A stretch of 64,000 bases of DNA from Octopus sinensis (GCF_006345805.1 NC_043012.1:23498001-23562000); one strand, 5' to 3'. Shown: positions 12,094 to 26,183, counted from the stretch's first letter. A program made the numbers and translations. Notes: a model not told the origin generated them from the letters alone.

Positions 12094-12295
12094 GATGGTT
12101 TCGAACTCCTCAGTTATTCTTATTATTCTTACAGACTGTGAGTGGTTCTTTTGATGTATACTAGGCCACAAGGGATCTGAAATTTTGTAGAGTAGTATAG
12201 AGTAGAGGAGGTTCTAGGAGAAAAAATAAAATTCTCTGCCCCAGCATGGCCGCAGCCTTCGGGCTAAAGCATTTTTAAGGATTTTAAGGATATTT
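12077..12295 (+). mobile_element. Retroposon-like 3' end with CCAGCATGGCCGCAGCC-TTCG-GGCT hairpin and TTTTAAGGA repeats
   Basis: Shares CCAGCATGGCCGCAG with SINE A tail 1. Positions 12077-12181 are duplicated at 13971-14079. Confidence 0.5.
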
Positions 12296-13490
12296 ATTTT
12301 TAGAGGAGTGCTGGTGTCTCTAAAACTTGTGAAAAACTTTGTTGAATTCCTGTCAACCAAATCTACTCACATGGCTGCAGGATTCTGGCAGAGGACACAA
12401 ACACAAAATGCTGTGAAGTAGGACTGAACCTGAAACTATTTGGTTGGAAAGTTGTCTTAATACATAGCCACACCTGTGCCTCACCCACACCATACATAAA
12501 TACAAAGATAGATAGAGAGAGAGAGAGAGAGTTTTAACAACCACTTTTTCACGTTTGCATGAAATTTATTCAGGCAGATTTTTGTACACCTGGATGTCCT
12601 TCCTGATGCCCATCCTCACCTGTTTCCAAGGAAGGTAACATTTTCCTATGATCAAACATGTTTTGGTGGAATACAGGAACTGAATGACATCTCTTGTAAA
12701 ACATCGATACTCACTCACAACTTGATGCCAAATCAAGGAGACACAAGCACACACACACACACACACACACACACTTACACACATCTATATGATAGGCTTC
12801 ATTCAGTTTCCATCTACTAAATACATTCAGTTGATTTGGGGCTATAGTAGAAGTCCCTTGACCAAAGTACCCACACTGTGGGATTGAACCTGAAACCTGC
12901 AACACTTCAAAGTTAAGAAGTTTGGAGAACAAACATCTTAACCACACAGTCAAGCCTGACCTTTGAGGACAGATTAAGTTGCAACAGCTTTGCTTGACAG
13001 TATTTTATGCAACTCAAGTAGGAGTCCAAGTCAGTGAAATTGGTAGACAGAGATGTACCTGAACAAAAGTTGTACAACAGAAAACTGCTCCCATTTAGAG
13101 GGGATTTCATGTAACAATACCAGAAGGAAAGCTACTACAAAAATTGAGTTTAGTTTCAAGCTGGTAAAATAAGACTCAGTTGTCACATGCTAGAAACTGT
13201 TATAAGAAGGAGACTCAGCTCTACATTTGACTGTGCTGATGTATTGAGCTATTTCTTATTGTGCCATCCAGCAAACACATCTCCAGAGCCCAAACTGACT
13301 GTAATGGGATGATGATGATGACGATGATGATGACAGCAACTTCAAAATGAATTGCCTTAAGAATATTCATTACCTTATATGGGTATTTATGAGAAATATT
13401 CAGTATCAATTATAGTGTTCTTTGTGAATATACAAATGCGTGTATCTTTATATATCTATACACACACACACATCTTAATATACACACATG

Positions 13491-13549
<59 letters not shown>

Positions 13550-13824
13550 CATATATATATATATACACATACATATAGACATATATTATCTTTCATACAC
13601 ACACACATATATATTTATATATAAAGCAAACCCTCTCTATCATTTCCCCTCTCATACAATCTTCTCTCAATTTAACCTTGTGCACTTCGCTCTCTCGATC
13701 TCTTTGACATCCACTTATAATTGCTCACTCTCTATCCAGTATATTCTACTGTGTATATTCCAGTACGTATCTTTATACATATATATATATACATACATAT
13801 ATATGTACAGCTATACATATACAT

Positions 13825-13885
<61 letters not shown>

Positions 13886-14847
13886 GATAGATAGATAGAT
13901 AGATATGTATATATATATATATATGTATACTTTATCATCTTTTGTTTCCCTCTCAGTTCTTTTGTAACTCAGTAAATTGGATCAGAACATCGTCTTGAAC
14001 TCCTCAGTTCTTCTTATTATTATTACAGACTCTTAGTGAGTGGTTCTTCTGTAGTACGCTAGGCCACAAGGGATCTGAAGGGACACAATTTTCTGACAAT
14101 TTTCTTAGTTAATCATATTGGAGGTTATTTGATGTATTGACAAGAAATATGAACTGGTAGAGGGGATTGTTTGGCAAAGGGTTGGGTATCAACAACAGCA
14201 TTCACAAATAATAAAAAAAAAAAAAAATGATAACGATAATAATAAAAAAGATATGTTGTCCTAGTGGATGGTACTAAATAATAATAGAAAGGGGTAGAAA
14301 ACATACAAAATTAAAAAAAAAATATCACTGTCTTTTGTATACAAAAGATAGAGTGTGAGTTAGTAGGGGCGGTTACTGTTTTTTCTTTATCTCTGTTACT
14401 GATTTCATTATTATTCTGTTACTATATGGCTGGGTAATTGAATAGCTTTAGCTTTCTTCTGTAGTGGTAGTATTAATAATAATAATAATAATAATAATGA
14501 TGATGATAATAAAAATCAGTTATCTTAATATTTTTTTTTTTTGCTTTTTATAGCTTTTGACTTTTTGTGGGTTTTTTGTATTTTTGTTGTTGTTTTTCCC
14601 CACTTTTTCTTTCTCTCTCTCTCTCTCTCTCTCTCAGCACATCACTAAATATAAAATGTCTTATAATTAATAAAATGCCTTGTGACTTTCATTTTAAGTT
14701 AATTTCCAGCAAACAGCAAACAGCTCTGCCTACACTCTTATTTATGCACTATTAAACATACAAATATATATGTAAGCATGCATACACACACACAAATATA
14801 TATATGTATGTAGATAGGTGTACACATAAACACTTCTATATACAGAT

Positions 14848-14884
<37 letters not shown>

Positions 14885-15436
14885 TGATGATGACGATATG
14901 CATACACACACTCTTTCACACACAAATGCATACATACATACATATATATAAATAGATAGACGAAATACTCAAATAGATCATACACACAAACAGTTGCAAG
15001 TGATGTGTAATATGGTAGACAGAGAAAGATAGGGAGTGAGGCAAAGGGAAAAAAAAATACCAAACATAAAACAAAATCGCAATAATAAAAACATAAAATA
15101 ATAAGTAAATAAATAAAACATTATTGATAGAAGTTAATTATATATATGTAAGAAATTGAATAGAGACTTTGAATCAGTGAGTAGCTGGTCATTTTAGTTC
15201 TGCCTGTTGGTCCTGGTTTCAAACTCAACCATGGGTTTTTGTATTTATTCCTTTCTTTATAGATTGAAATGCTTTTATGTCAATGAAAAATGGTTAGCCA
15301 CTCTCAAGGGGAAAAGCCAAAGCTGTTACAAGAACACATCTTTTTTTTTTATTTAGGCTTCGTTTTACTTGTCATTAGACTGCAGCCATACTGGGGCACT
15401 GCCCTCAAATGGTCAAGTGGAAAAACTGATCTTGAT

Positions 15437-15755
15437 TCTCATCATCATCATTGTTCGACTGTGGTCGAGACAATAGAATTTACCATGCTACGCCAGACTT
15501 CACGGCCAATCATAGAATTACGGAGGTCTTGTTGCTGGATGCCTGTATCCCTGGAGATTACATCAGGGTAGGAGAGTGTGCACCCTCTGGTATTGCGAGC
15601 AGATGGCTTCCAGAGGAGAAGAGTAGAAATTACCTCGTTTTCAGCTCTACAACAATGTCCAGCAAACTGGACTCTTCTACCTTTCACAAGAGATGATACA
15701 GGTGGTAATTTCCCATATATTTGTACTTTGGTTGGATGCCGTTTCCACAAGACTC
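15437..15755 (-). mobile_element. 5'-truncated RTE-superfamily LINE 3' end nested in a SINE A tail
   Basis: ORF 15448..15750 reads RRVQFAGHCCRA..LLLWKP..RGCTLSYPDVISRDTG..WRSMV, typical of an RTE-type ORF C-terminus. The stop codon runs directly into a (TGA)n tail. SINE A tail sequence flanks both sides. Confidence 0.85.
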
Positions 15756-15879
15756 AACAGAAAGTCTGGTATTTAATCTATCAGTCTCTTTTTTCTGAAT
15801 TGTTAAGTGACAAGGACACAAATATACCATCATTGGTTGTCAAACTGCAAATATATATATATATTCTCTTTTACTCTTT

Positions 15880-16090
15880 TACTTAGTTCAGGCATTTTAC
15901 TGTGGCCATGCTGGAGCACTGCCTTTAGTCGAGCAAATTGACCTCAGGACTTATTCTTTGTAAACCTAGTACTTATTATATTGGTCTCTTTTGCCAAACC
16001 ACTAAGTCACAAGGATGTGAACACACCAGCATTAGTTATCAAGCAATGTTGGGGGGGAACAAACACATACACATAAACACACACACACAT

Positions 16091-16144
<54 letters not shown>

Positions 16145-16330
16145 TATATATATATATATACATATACACAATGGGCTTCTTTCAGTTTTCATCTACCAAA
16201 TCCACTTGCAAGGCTTTTGGTCAGCCTGAGGCTATAGTAGAAGACACTTGCCCAAGGTGTCATGCAGTGGGACTGAATCTGGAACCATGTGGTTGGTAAG
16301 CAAACTACTTACCACACAGCCATGCCTCTC
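15880..16330 (-). mobile_element. SINE A, tail 1, full length
   Basis: Colinear with the 48805-49225 copy. Confidence 0.9.
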
Positions 16331-17187
16331 TCCTATACATTGTAGGTATTGTGCGTTTTAGTAAAGAAAAACAAAAATGAACTTGCCAAGCTGAGTTCCC
16401 AACTAGCTTTTGATTTCTGCTTACAGATATTATTTTAGATACTTTGTGGGTTTTTTTTTTAAATGATTATATATCAAAGAAGGCTTGGGGGTCACTGTAG
16501 CATAAGCAAACACAATAGAGATATGTGCGTGAGTGTGTGTTTGTGTGTGTGTGTTATTGATTCCTTGCCTTGGCATTGTGTGATTGTTGTAAATCATCAT
16601 GCAATAGATGAGGGTTCCTACCCATTCTATTTCTGGTCAGACAGAACTCTCGCAGCGTTCTGCAATCAGTCATATTCCTATTTTAGCTTGTAACTACAGC
16701 AACAGATAAAACCTTCAGCTGATAGTAATGTTTATGTCTGGCTTAACTGGGTTTTAATGTGCCAGGGACACTAAGAAGATCATTTGCTACAAGAGCAGAG
16801 ATTCCTCATTTATTCCACATCAGTGGTCATTCCTAGATGGCTTGCTTTCATTACCATTTGCACAATCTGTCTCCTCTTTCTGTCACTTTTCTGTTATCCC
16901 CTTTTTTTTAATATCCAGGTGCCCTTCCTGTAACTAACCTCTTCACAACATGAATTGGGCATACAGTGTCTGTAACACTATTACATGTCTACAGAGACTA
17001 CTGCCCTGCATCGGTTTCCATGATGTTTTACCATTCTTTGAGATGAGGCACCTTTGCTAAGACTTGCAGAGGCTATGTCTCAGCTATTCCATTTTTGTTT
17101 TTGGCATGCTTTTGATATCTGGACGCACTTCTTATTGCCAAACATTTTATAACGTTGATTGATTGAATTTCAGTATATCAACTTATT

Positions 17188-17600
17188 TCCATCTATCCAT
17201 CCATCCATCTTTACTATCCACTATTCTTGGGAGAGCTGTTGGGGTAGAATCCTCAGGTATCTCCAGAAGCAACCATCATTACATTTTCCTGTTGGATAGT
17301 CGTGTTTGACTAACTGAGCTGATGAATATTAGCCAACCATCTGGTGTGTGGACTACTCTCATGTCTCCTGCTGGTTGGTTCAGCTTCAAGAGTTCATCTT
17401 CTGATCTTTTCCTGTGATATTGTAAACCATATGTCTGTGGCACTGAAGCTGAGATCTTTCTAAAATGGAGAAGCAGCAACTCAACCTGGTGAGACTTCCT
17501 GATTTCAGAGTTATGTACCATCAGGGAATATTTCTCCAGAGACCCTTCAATGTGACTCCTAGAATATATTTACGGGGAATATCAAATTCAGTTATTACAG
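17188..17600 (-). mobile_element. Degraded RTE (Expander/Rex3-like) LINE 3' end with (GATG)n tail
   Basis: Minus-strand translation EKIRR*TLEAEPTSRRHESSPHTRWLANI resembles G.R.RGRP.TRW.DNI. It is followed by GATGGATGGATGGATAGATGG. Confidence 0.55.
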
Positions 17601-19834
17601 GAGTCAGATTGAAATTTTCTTAAGAATAACATTTTCTTTCATTTTCAAAATAGGATATATGTAGATGGATTTTTGCAACAGGTGTCTCACAACGGGAGGT
17701 TCTTTCCATTTACACAATAAGAACAGTATCAGCTATGACCTGAATAAGCTTTAAACTGCTTGTGTAATGTGTCTTGCAATGAATAAAAAAAATATATATT
17801 AATAAAGCAAAATAGTAGTCAGAATTGATTTCGTGACCTTGTGGTCAATACATAATTGAACTTTGTTCTAGAGAAAGATTTTTTAAAATCAATCGAATGT
17901 ATATCAAAATGTAAAAGTAGAAAAATTGAAGAGTTCAAACAATTTGCATAGACCAATTTCTTGTATACAGTGAATAAATGGCAATCACAAGCAGGAACTA
18001 AATAATATAGATACAGTTTAGACCTTAATAATTTAGTGGCAGAGACTGGTGTATACTTTATTTTATGAATCAGGATTCATGTTGAACAAAATTACTTGAA
18101 ACAGTGATTTCCATGCTGACTGAGTGTAAAACATAATTATAATTATTCCCCTTTATTGTGATTGTTATCAATTTAAATGGATCAACAAAGCTTATCTTTA
18201 TTTAATATCTCCCTTGCCAGTTTGTCTTCTGATATTTACTCCACACATATACACACTAAACATATATATGTGCAATGTTAAAGAGATAAAGTTAGAATAT
18301 AATACAAACCAAAACAAACTAACGAAAAAGACAAAAATGTTATTTAAAGTGAGATGTTGTTGATACAGAGAAAAAAAAGGAAAAAAAAAAAAATAAAGAA
18401 AAAATCCCAGAAGAATTAAATTGCAGGAAATTACTATAGAACAAAATATATATTGCAAAACAAGGAAAAGAGAAAAAAAAAAAGATGATGATGATGATGA
18501 AGACAACATAGAATAAGGGAAATATGGTAATGAGAAAAATATAAAGGGAAGTGGCTAAAAAAATAGAACAGTTAGTGTATGGAAATGTTGAAAAAAAAGA
18601 TAGTAGAGAGGATTTTCTACATAGTTGGATAGTTAGGAACCGAAAATAATAAATGTAGAATGCGTCTGTGCAAACCATTGATTAAGACTGCTGGATATAT
18701 CTCCACCACCACCACTGCCACCGCCACCATCTAACATTTTCTCTTTTTATTAGTTTGTGTACAGAGATACAACGTTACCAAAAGTAGGATCAATTTGGAA
18801 ATACAAATTGTTCTACGTTTCCAAATTAACATGCAGCTATCTTCTCATCTGTAATATTTATTCTTCTTGCAGCTAATTGGCATATTCTAATAGACAATGT
18901 AGGAGGCTAATAACGAAGAAGAGGGCCAAGGTGAAAAAGGCCATTCCGCTACAAAGGTTATTTGGTGTCACTTGAGGTAGGTTACGGTTGTTTAGCAGTC
19001 AACAAAATATTAACAAATCATACAGGACATGTCTGGTTCAAAATACCTAAAAAACATCATACAACTCTTATTTGTTTAGCCATGATTTCAGCATTTTTAT
19101 CTTGAATGCCCGCGTCTTCATTATTTTTACCTTGCCGCTTTTGTTTACATTTTTTATTTATTTTTTACTCACTTTCCAACGTCTGACTCTCTTTTCATTC
19201 TTTCATCTACTTGTTAATCACACCAACCTTTTCCGGCTGCCATACTTTTCTCATGCATATCAGGAGTTGTTATCTTTCCTTTTATCATGCAAACATTTCA
19301 AGTAGAAAATGCAATGCGTTCGGAATCATGGCATATAATTCTGCAGAAAAGTAGTTAGCAGTCTGAGAATTCCTCAGAACTGGCACTGTATGTATGGAAG
19401 GAAGGTCTTACTCTCTCAATACAAAAGCAGCAAGTCTTCTTAGATAGCAGTCAAAACATGGAAGCGGGGAAGGAGATGCTGGTTCTAAGAGATAAGATTT
19501 ATCAGAAAAGACAGCTTATCACATGGAAAGCTAGAAGATCCTGGAAGCCATCAGAAGGCTGATCATTTTACTGACCTCATTAAAAGAACGGCAAATAGAG
19601 TTGGAATGTCACAGAAGAAGCAATAGTTTCTGTCTAAAAGACTAAAATCTGAATAGAAAAAAAAAGAAGGAAAAAAGAAAAATACAAACATTTGGACAGA
19701 GAATAAGGAACCAAGTGAAGCGTAACAGAATGTAAGTTGACTTAGACACAATGTTTGCACAGATTGGTTCATCTGTGTTGCAAAAGTAACAATGAGATAG
19801 ACTTAATCTCTGTGATAAACCGAGTAAATTACAT

Positions 19835-19872
<38 letters not shown>

Positions 19873-20887
19873 AGACATGAAGAAATATTAGATTACATTG
19901 TGATTACAATTGTTAAAATTACAAAGAAATACATCAAATAAATGGTAAAAACTGGTGTACAACAGGAGAGACATTATGTTATATTAAAAATATTCCATTC
20001 ACCAGGAATATGTTTGTAAATCTATCTATCTTTTGAAATGTAACAATTCTACATTATATGTCAGATAAGATGTCGAATTATGAATTACAAATATATTAAA
20101 ATGTGTTACACATATAAATATATAAAGGTTATAACATACATAATGCAACATTAATAACAAAAATCTTTTTGTAACTAACCACCATATACAAAACATTTTC
20201 TAATGTCTATACAGAGACATCTACATTGATAAACACCGAGAAAATGTAAGCAGCAAAATAATAATTTCAAAACTACATGCAATTAAATCAGTGAAGATTC
20301 AGTAGACAGCAGCCGAGTAATACCAATTTCACTATATCCAACTCCAATGACAATTTCATTATATACTATCACAATAACAATTCCCCAACAACCATTAATT
20401 AACAACAATATAGCACTGCAAATCTATAGACTCTTTTTTTTTTTGTTTCTTTTCTTTATTTTCATATGGTTTTCTTTTTCCATCTTCATTTTTGTTTCTT
20501 ATTTTGTTTTTTTTTTGTTGTTTTTGTGTATTTTCATCTTTAATAAAATTTAATGATGCTCTAACTGAAATCTACAATCACTTAGAAATCATATGATGGG
20601 TACTAAATTCCGAGTTAATAACTAGATACAGCTGCCATAAAAACATTGTATCTCCTCTTAAAATTTGACACTAAATGGCAGAAAGAAATTAAAATTTCAG
20701 TAGTTATGCGAGATTGACCCAACTCCAACTCCCTCTATTCCACACCCCCCCTCCTCCCTCTCAGTTATTTTGGTGGATGCTGCTATCTTATTGGTAAACT
20801 GTGCAGCATACCCTCGGGTAAGGATATCATTGTAAGCCATTAAAAAAAATCTTAAAATACAACAGCCATTACAGTAATAATTATGAT

Positions 20888-20900
20888 AGTAGTAGTAGTT

Positions 20901-20953
<53 letters not shown>
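20888..20953. repeat. (TAG)n microsatellite
   Basis: Direct read. Confidence 0.95.
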
Positions 20954-21079
20954 TACTGCAGTGGCACAAAGCTAGATTACAGATTTGTCTAGCTGAAAGC
21001 TTTCAAAACTAGATTGTGCTGAATATTTATATAATTAAATTTTCCCTTCTTACTCTTATGTACATACAAGCAATGCATG

Positions 21080-21113
<34 letters not shown>

Positions 21114-23616
21114 AGTGCATTTGAAAACATATACACTAGAGAAACAAAAAACAAAACAAAAAAAACAATGCTTTAACATTGATGGATGATAAACAAATCC
21201 ATGTAAACAGTCTGGATGACAATAACTCTGAACAATTAAATATAAAATGAAAATGAATACAGAAATAAATGAACATTATTGTAGACACTCTCCATTAACC
21301 AAAAAAATAGTGATTCTCTATAGATGTAGTGCTGAAATTTGACATTTAGTGAGATTAACACACTTTAGTGATTAGTCACTAAAAACTAACTTTATCAGTG
21401 ATCAACAATCATTATAAACGCAATTTCATCAGAATTTCTATGCGATATTTTTTCTTTTGCTTGTACCATTATAACTAGTCTTTCTATACAAGATAGATGA
21501 TGTAGAAGTGATATAGATATGACTGATTCTGGTAGAAATATGAGAAAAATGGCTGTAGTTAATGTACATCAGATGAAAACTAAAATACAAGCATACTACC
21601 ATGGCAGACATAATAATGAACAACACAACAGAAATAATATGACTAAAGACAAAAAAATGATGGTTTCAAATATTGGTTATAGAATTGCAAGGAATATGAT
21701 GCTATGATCTCAGACATAATTTGTCATCCAGTTTAACATTATCACCGAGTCCCAGGATGGTACTTTTATTGAAGTTATACTTGATTGCAAGTCTTCCAAT
21801 TGAGTTTGTTTAGTTTGAGCATCAAAGGATAACTTCTTTTCTTCCTTACAATCAGATACGGGAAGTAGGGTGGAACCGAAACAGGTTTAAGGATTCTGTG
21901 TGTTGCCCTTTCTCCTCTTAGTAGTTGCTAGTCATATTTGTAAGGTATTTGCATAAGTAAATAACCCTTGTCATTCTCAAAGATGGCTTTGCAGATTTCT
22001 TGTACAAGAGCATGTATATTTCTTAACAAGGCAAAAGAGTAATTTTGGGGGTAAAAGGCATAATTGATTTAATTAATCTAATTTTCTTATTGATATTTAG
22101 TGCCCTTCTTTCTATTCTTATGTTTTAAGTATGGTGGGAATGCAAGAAATTTTCTTGAAATTTAGCACATTTTACAATTTCTATTGAAATACACTGCTTT
22201 TGTCTCCATAAATTTTAGCAAAAATTACAAGTTAATAAGAATAACCTTGTTAGGATTAAGATGGTGTTTGGAAAAGAAACCTGAAGATTTAAGGGAAGGA
22301 TTTTTTAGTTTGGATCATTTCAAAACATGAAGTTTATATCATTGCACCAACAGCAGTTTCAGGCAGATTGGCATCAAAACAGCTAAGACAAACAGTTTTA
22401 CAGAAATTACAAAAAAAAAAGAAAACGAAAACTATTATCATTATATCCACTTTGTTAAAAAATGTTACCCTATAAATACCAGTGTGTAATGATAGTTCTA
22501 GCAGAATAACTAAAATATATATATATGTACGTTTACGTATTAGTTTAAACGGTATCATGCTAAGTAACTCACAAGAATGAGCAGATATTTATATAAGTGT
22601 GCTCAATCAAAACAAGTACAAAAATACTAACAGCATCCACTTACTATTATACATAGCAGTGATGGAAGAATGATATTAATACAAATATTTTCTCTATAAA
22701 CAAAAAGCACCAGTATCACACAGTAGGCACTACTTTGTGCTGGAATGATATCAGTATAAATACTATCATTATAAACAAAGACATGGGTATTAGCTGTAGC
22801 TATCAGCTATGAAATAATATTATCACTAAATGCATAATTGAATTTTCTAAGCCATTCATTAAAACACTGCTCTATCTCAAACTGCTGGTCTGAAATGAAG
22901 CAATCACCGTAAATCGTTATATAATAACATTACACCAATCTAAGCAAGAGAACTGGAGGACTCATCCACTACTACCAACAATGGTATTTTATCAACAGTA
23001 GTCAAGTTGTGCAGATATTCCTAGAATTTAGTCTTATCTCTCAGGATGCTCGAAGGTTAAAGGTCAGACAAGACATTATAACAGAGATAACCTTTCATAT
23101 TAGTGTAAAAGAAATAAGAAGAGAATCTGATAGCAGCATTTTGGATAAGAGTATAGCTTTATCTTTATGGACTTACTGTGTATGGAAGCATGCTTGTATA
23201 TTTTATCTATCTTCACTTGTGTGTTTTGATTGAGAGAGAAAGAGAGAGAGAAAGGGGAGGGAGGGAGAGCAAGCAAAAGATATAGAGAGAAAGTGGGAGA
23301 GAGTAAGGCTACATCTGTACAGATTGATGTGTGTGTGTGCATCAGAATCATTTCCACCATGTATCTGAATATGGGTGGGTTTACGATTGTTTGTACAGCT
23401 CTCTTTGTACATCCACCACTACACACACACACATTCTTTTATTTCTCTCTCTCTCTCTATAATACACTGAACTCAATGTGGACTATTTATCAGCATGCAC
23501 CCATGTTCTTTGTTTTATTATCTACATAGATTTATAAGGTTTTAAGGTCTGGCTATGTTGAAATGTGTGAGCGTTTGTATGCATTTCTTATTGTGACTTT
23601 ATTTGAGCAGCTCCAT

Positions 23617-23649
<33 letters not shown>

Positions 23650-24378
23650 CCTTTCATTTGGTAACACTGTCTGAAAATCTGACTCTATATACAGAGAATA
23701 CACAATTCATTGTGTGGTTTTTGCATGTATGCATAGGACTTTGTTTGTATAGCCTATAGTGTGCAGTTGAAGCTTTCATCAGTTTCGTTCATTGTATGTT
23801 TAGGCTCCACTGTGTAGCATATTCCGAAAGCGTATTCATATATGCAAGGCTTTATCTGCCCGGCTTTCTCTTTGTCGAAACATTGTGTCAGTGTTATCTG
23901 CATAGCTTATTGCATTTGTGTGCACAGATCTTCACATGTTTAATACACTGTTTGAGCAGAGTATATGAATTTGTACAAGAAATCTGTAAAGCCATCTTTG
24001 AGAGTAACAAGGGTTATTTACTTATGCAAATACTCTACAAGCTTGACCAATAACTAAGTCAGCGAAATTAACTTAAAATAACAACCATATCAACTTAGAA
24101 TTTTTCTGTGTTTCTGCTGGGATTTTTGGGGTTTTTTTTTTTTTTTGCAAAAATATATATTAGGAGAAAATGAAAAGAGTTTTATGAGTACAAAGATTTA
24201 TCATAGACACCCAGCACTGACTAAATGACACATAAACTATTTCCCACTTGGCATGAGAATACCATAACAATAAATTGAATATATAACTAATCAAGTGTTT
24301 GAAAGAATGTTTTTAATTATTTTTATACAAGGTTTTAACAAGATATTCATGGAAAGCAACAATATTCCTTCAGCTTGC

Positions 24379-24417
<39 letters not shown>

Positions 24418-24541
24418 ACTGATTTTGCATAATGGAATGATGGGGCCTCTGGGTTGTCCCTTGAATTGCAAGAAATAGCAGCCAAATCTCCCTCAAGTCA
24501 CAATCAACCATCTCAGATAATGTAACTTTCTTCACATACCT

Positions 24542-24770
24542 ATTTCTTTACTACCCACAAGGGGCTAAACATAGAGAGGACAAACAAGGACAGACAAACG
24601 GATTAAATCGATTACATTGACCCCAGTGCGTAACTGGTACTTAATTTATCGACCCCGAAAGGATGAAAGGCAAAGTTGACCTCGGCGGAATTTGAACTCA
24701 GAACGTAACGGCTGACGAAATACGGCTACGCATTTCGCCCGGCGTGCTAACGTTTCTGCCAGCTCACCGC
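24542..24770 (-). mobile_element. Full-length SINE B with 16-bp target site duplication
   Basis: CTTTCTTCACATACCT occurs at 24526-24541 and 24771-24786. Confidence 0.92.
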
Positions 24771-24799
24771 CTTTCTTCACATACCTTTTAGGCATTCAC

Positions 24800-25160
24800 C
24801 TTTTACTTGTTTCAGTCATTGGACTGTGACCATGCTGGGGCACCACTTGATGTGTTTAATCAAGTTTAATGAAGTTAATCAGAATTTTTAATTTTTTATA
24901 AAATTTGGTACTGATTTTGTCAGTTTCTTCTGTTTACAGGGAGGTAAACAAACTAACATAGATTCTCAAGAATAGGGGTGAATAAGCAAACACATACACT
25001 CAGCAGGCTTCCACACAGTTTCCATCAACTAAAGTCACTGACAAGGCATTGGCCAACTTGAGGCTATAGTAGAAGGCAGCTCAAGCTGCCATGCAGCAGA
25101 TCTGAACCTGAAACCATCGATAAGCAAAGCTAGGTTCTTTACCACACAGCGTTGTCTAGA
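24800..25160 (-). mobile_element. SINE A, tail 1, diverged
   Basis: Colinear with the family A copies. Confidence 0.75.
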
Positions 25161-26136
25161 CCTAGTATTGTTTTGGGATGGTCACAACTGGATTGTCTAT
25201 GATCATAGATGTTTTTTTTTCAATCAAACTTGACTTGGCTTAACAACAACTAGTTTTTAAGTTGAAATTTTATATTTCCACCATTATTTCTCTGTAGCTT
25301 TCTTTTTGTTTACATAAAATGTTACACCAACGCAAAATAAGCAGAGAAATAAATAAATAAACAAAAATATATGGTAACACATTCAACACTTTCCAAACGT
25401 CTGTAAAACTTTACTTAATTATACATGTCTAAGGAGATATAGCACTATTTTTTTAATGTACATGTGAATGTATAAGTGTATGTGTGAGTCTGTGTATGGG
25501 TATATTGTGTAAGTATGTATATGTGTGTGAGATAGATAGATAGATAGATAGATAGCTGAGTACTATCCCAAATACATGAACATAGACATAGCACATGAAC
25601 TTTTTGTCACATGATTATTTACAAATGAATAAATAATTTTGAGTGTACACAAATCTAAATTCTAAAATATGCATAAAATATACAAGTGTGTGTGTGCGTG
25701 TGTGTATATATCAGTGAATATGTATATATATAAATATACAGACACCTGCCCGTACCGACACTGGATACTCTGTAATGTTTATCAATAAGTGATAACAAGA
25801 AAAGTACACAAAGAACTCAATACAGTTTAATTAGGTTAGTAAGAGAATGATTAACCTGTAAAATATATTGATTACAGGTGCATACATTCATATACACACA
25901 CACGCACACACAAAAGTATATATATATATATGTATATATATACACACATACACATCACAGTAACCATACATACATATAGGGTTGTTGCCTGACAGTTGCT
26001 GTAGCATGACACTGAAGCTGCAAAAGAGGATTTCAGTTCAGGGAAATGGCATGCATGCACATACGTTCTCTCTCTCTCTCTCTCTCTGAATACATGTACA
26101 CACAACCCATGCATCCACACACACACTCACACACAC

Positions 26137-26183
<47 letters not shown>

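Noticed and set aside
18973-18995. let-7 seed-like TGAGGTAGGTTACGGTTG
   Set aside because: No complementary arm on either side to form a precursor hairpin; it overlaps a splice-donor-like site.
21715-21890. 58-codon open minus-strand frame (..DAQTKQTQLEDLQSSITSIKVPSW..)
   Set aside because: No start codon near its 5' end, only a weak AAG acceptor, and no recognisable homology.
22777-22789. 13-nt match to the body of miR-71 (AAAGACATGGGTA)
   Set aside because: The seed end differs and there is no precursor hairpin around it.
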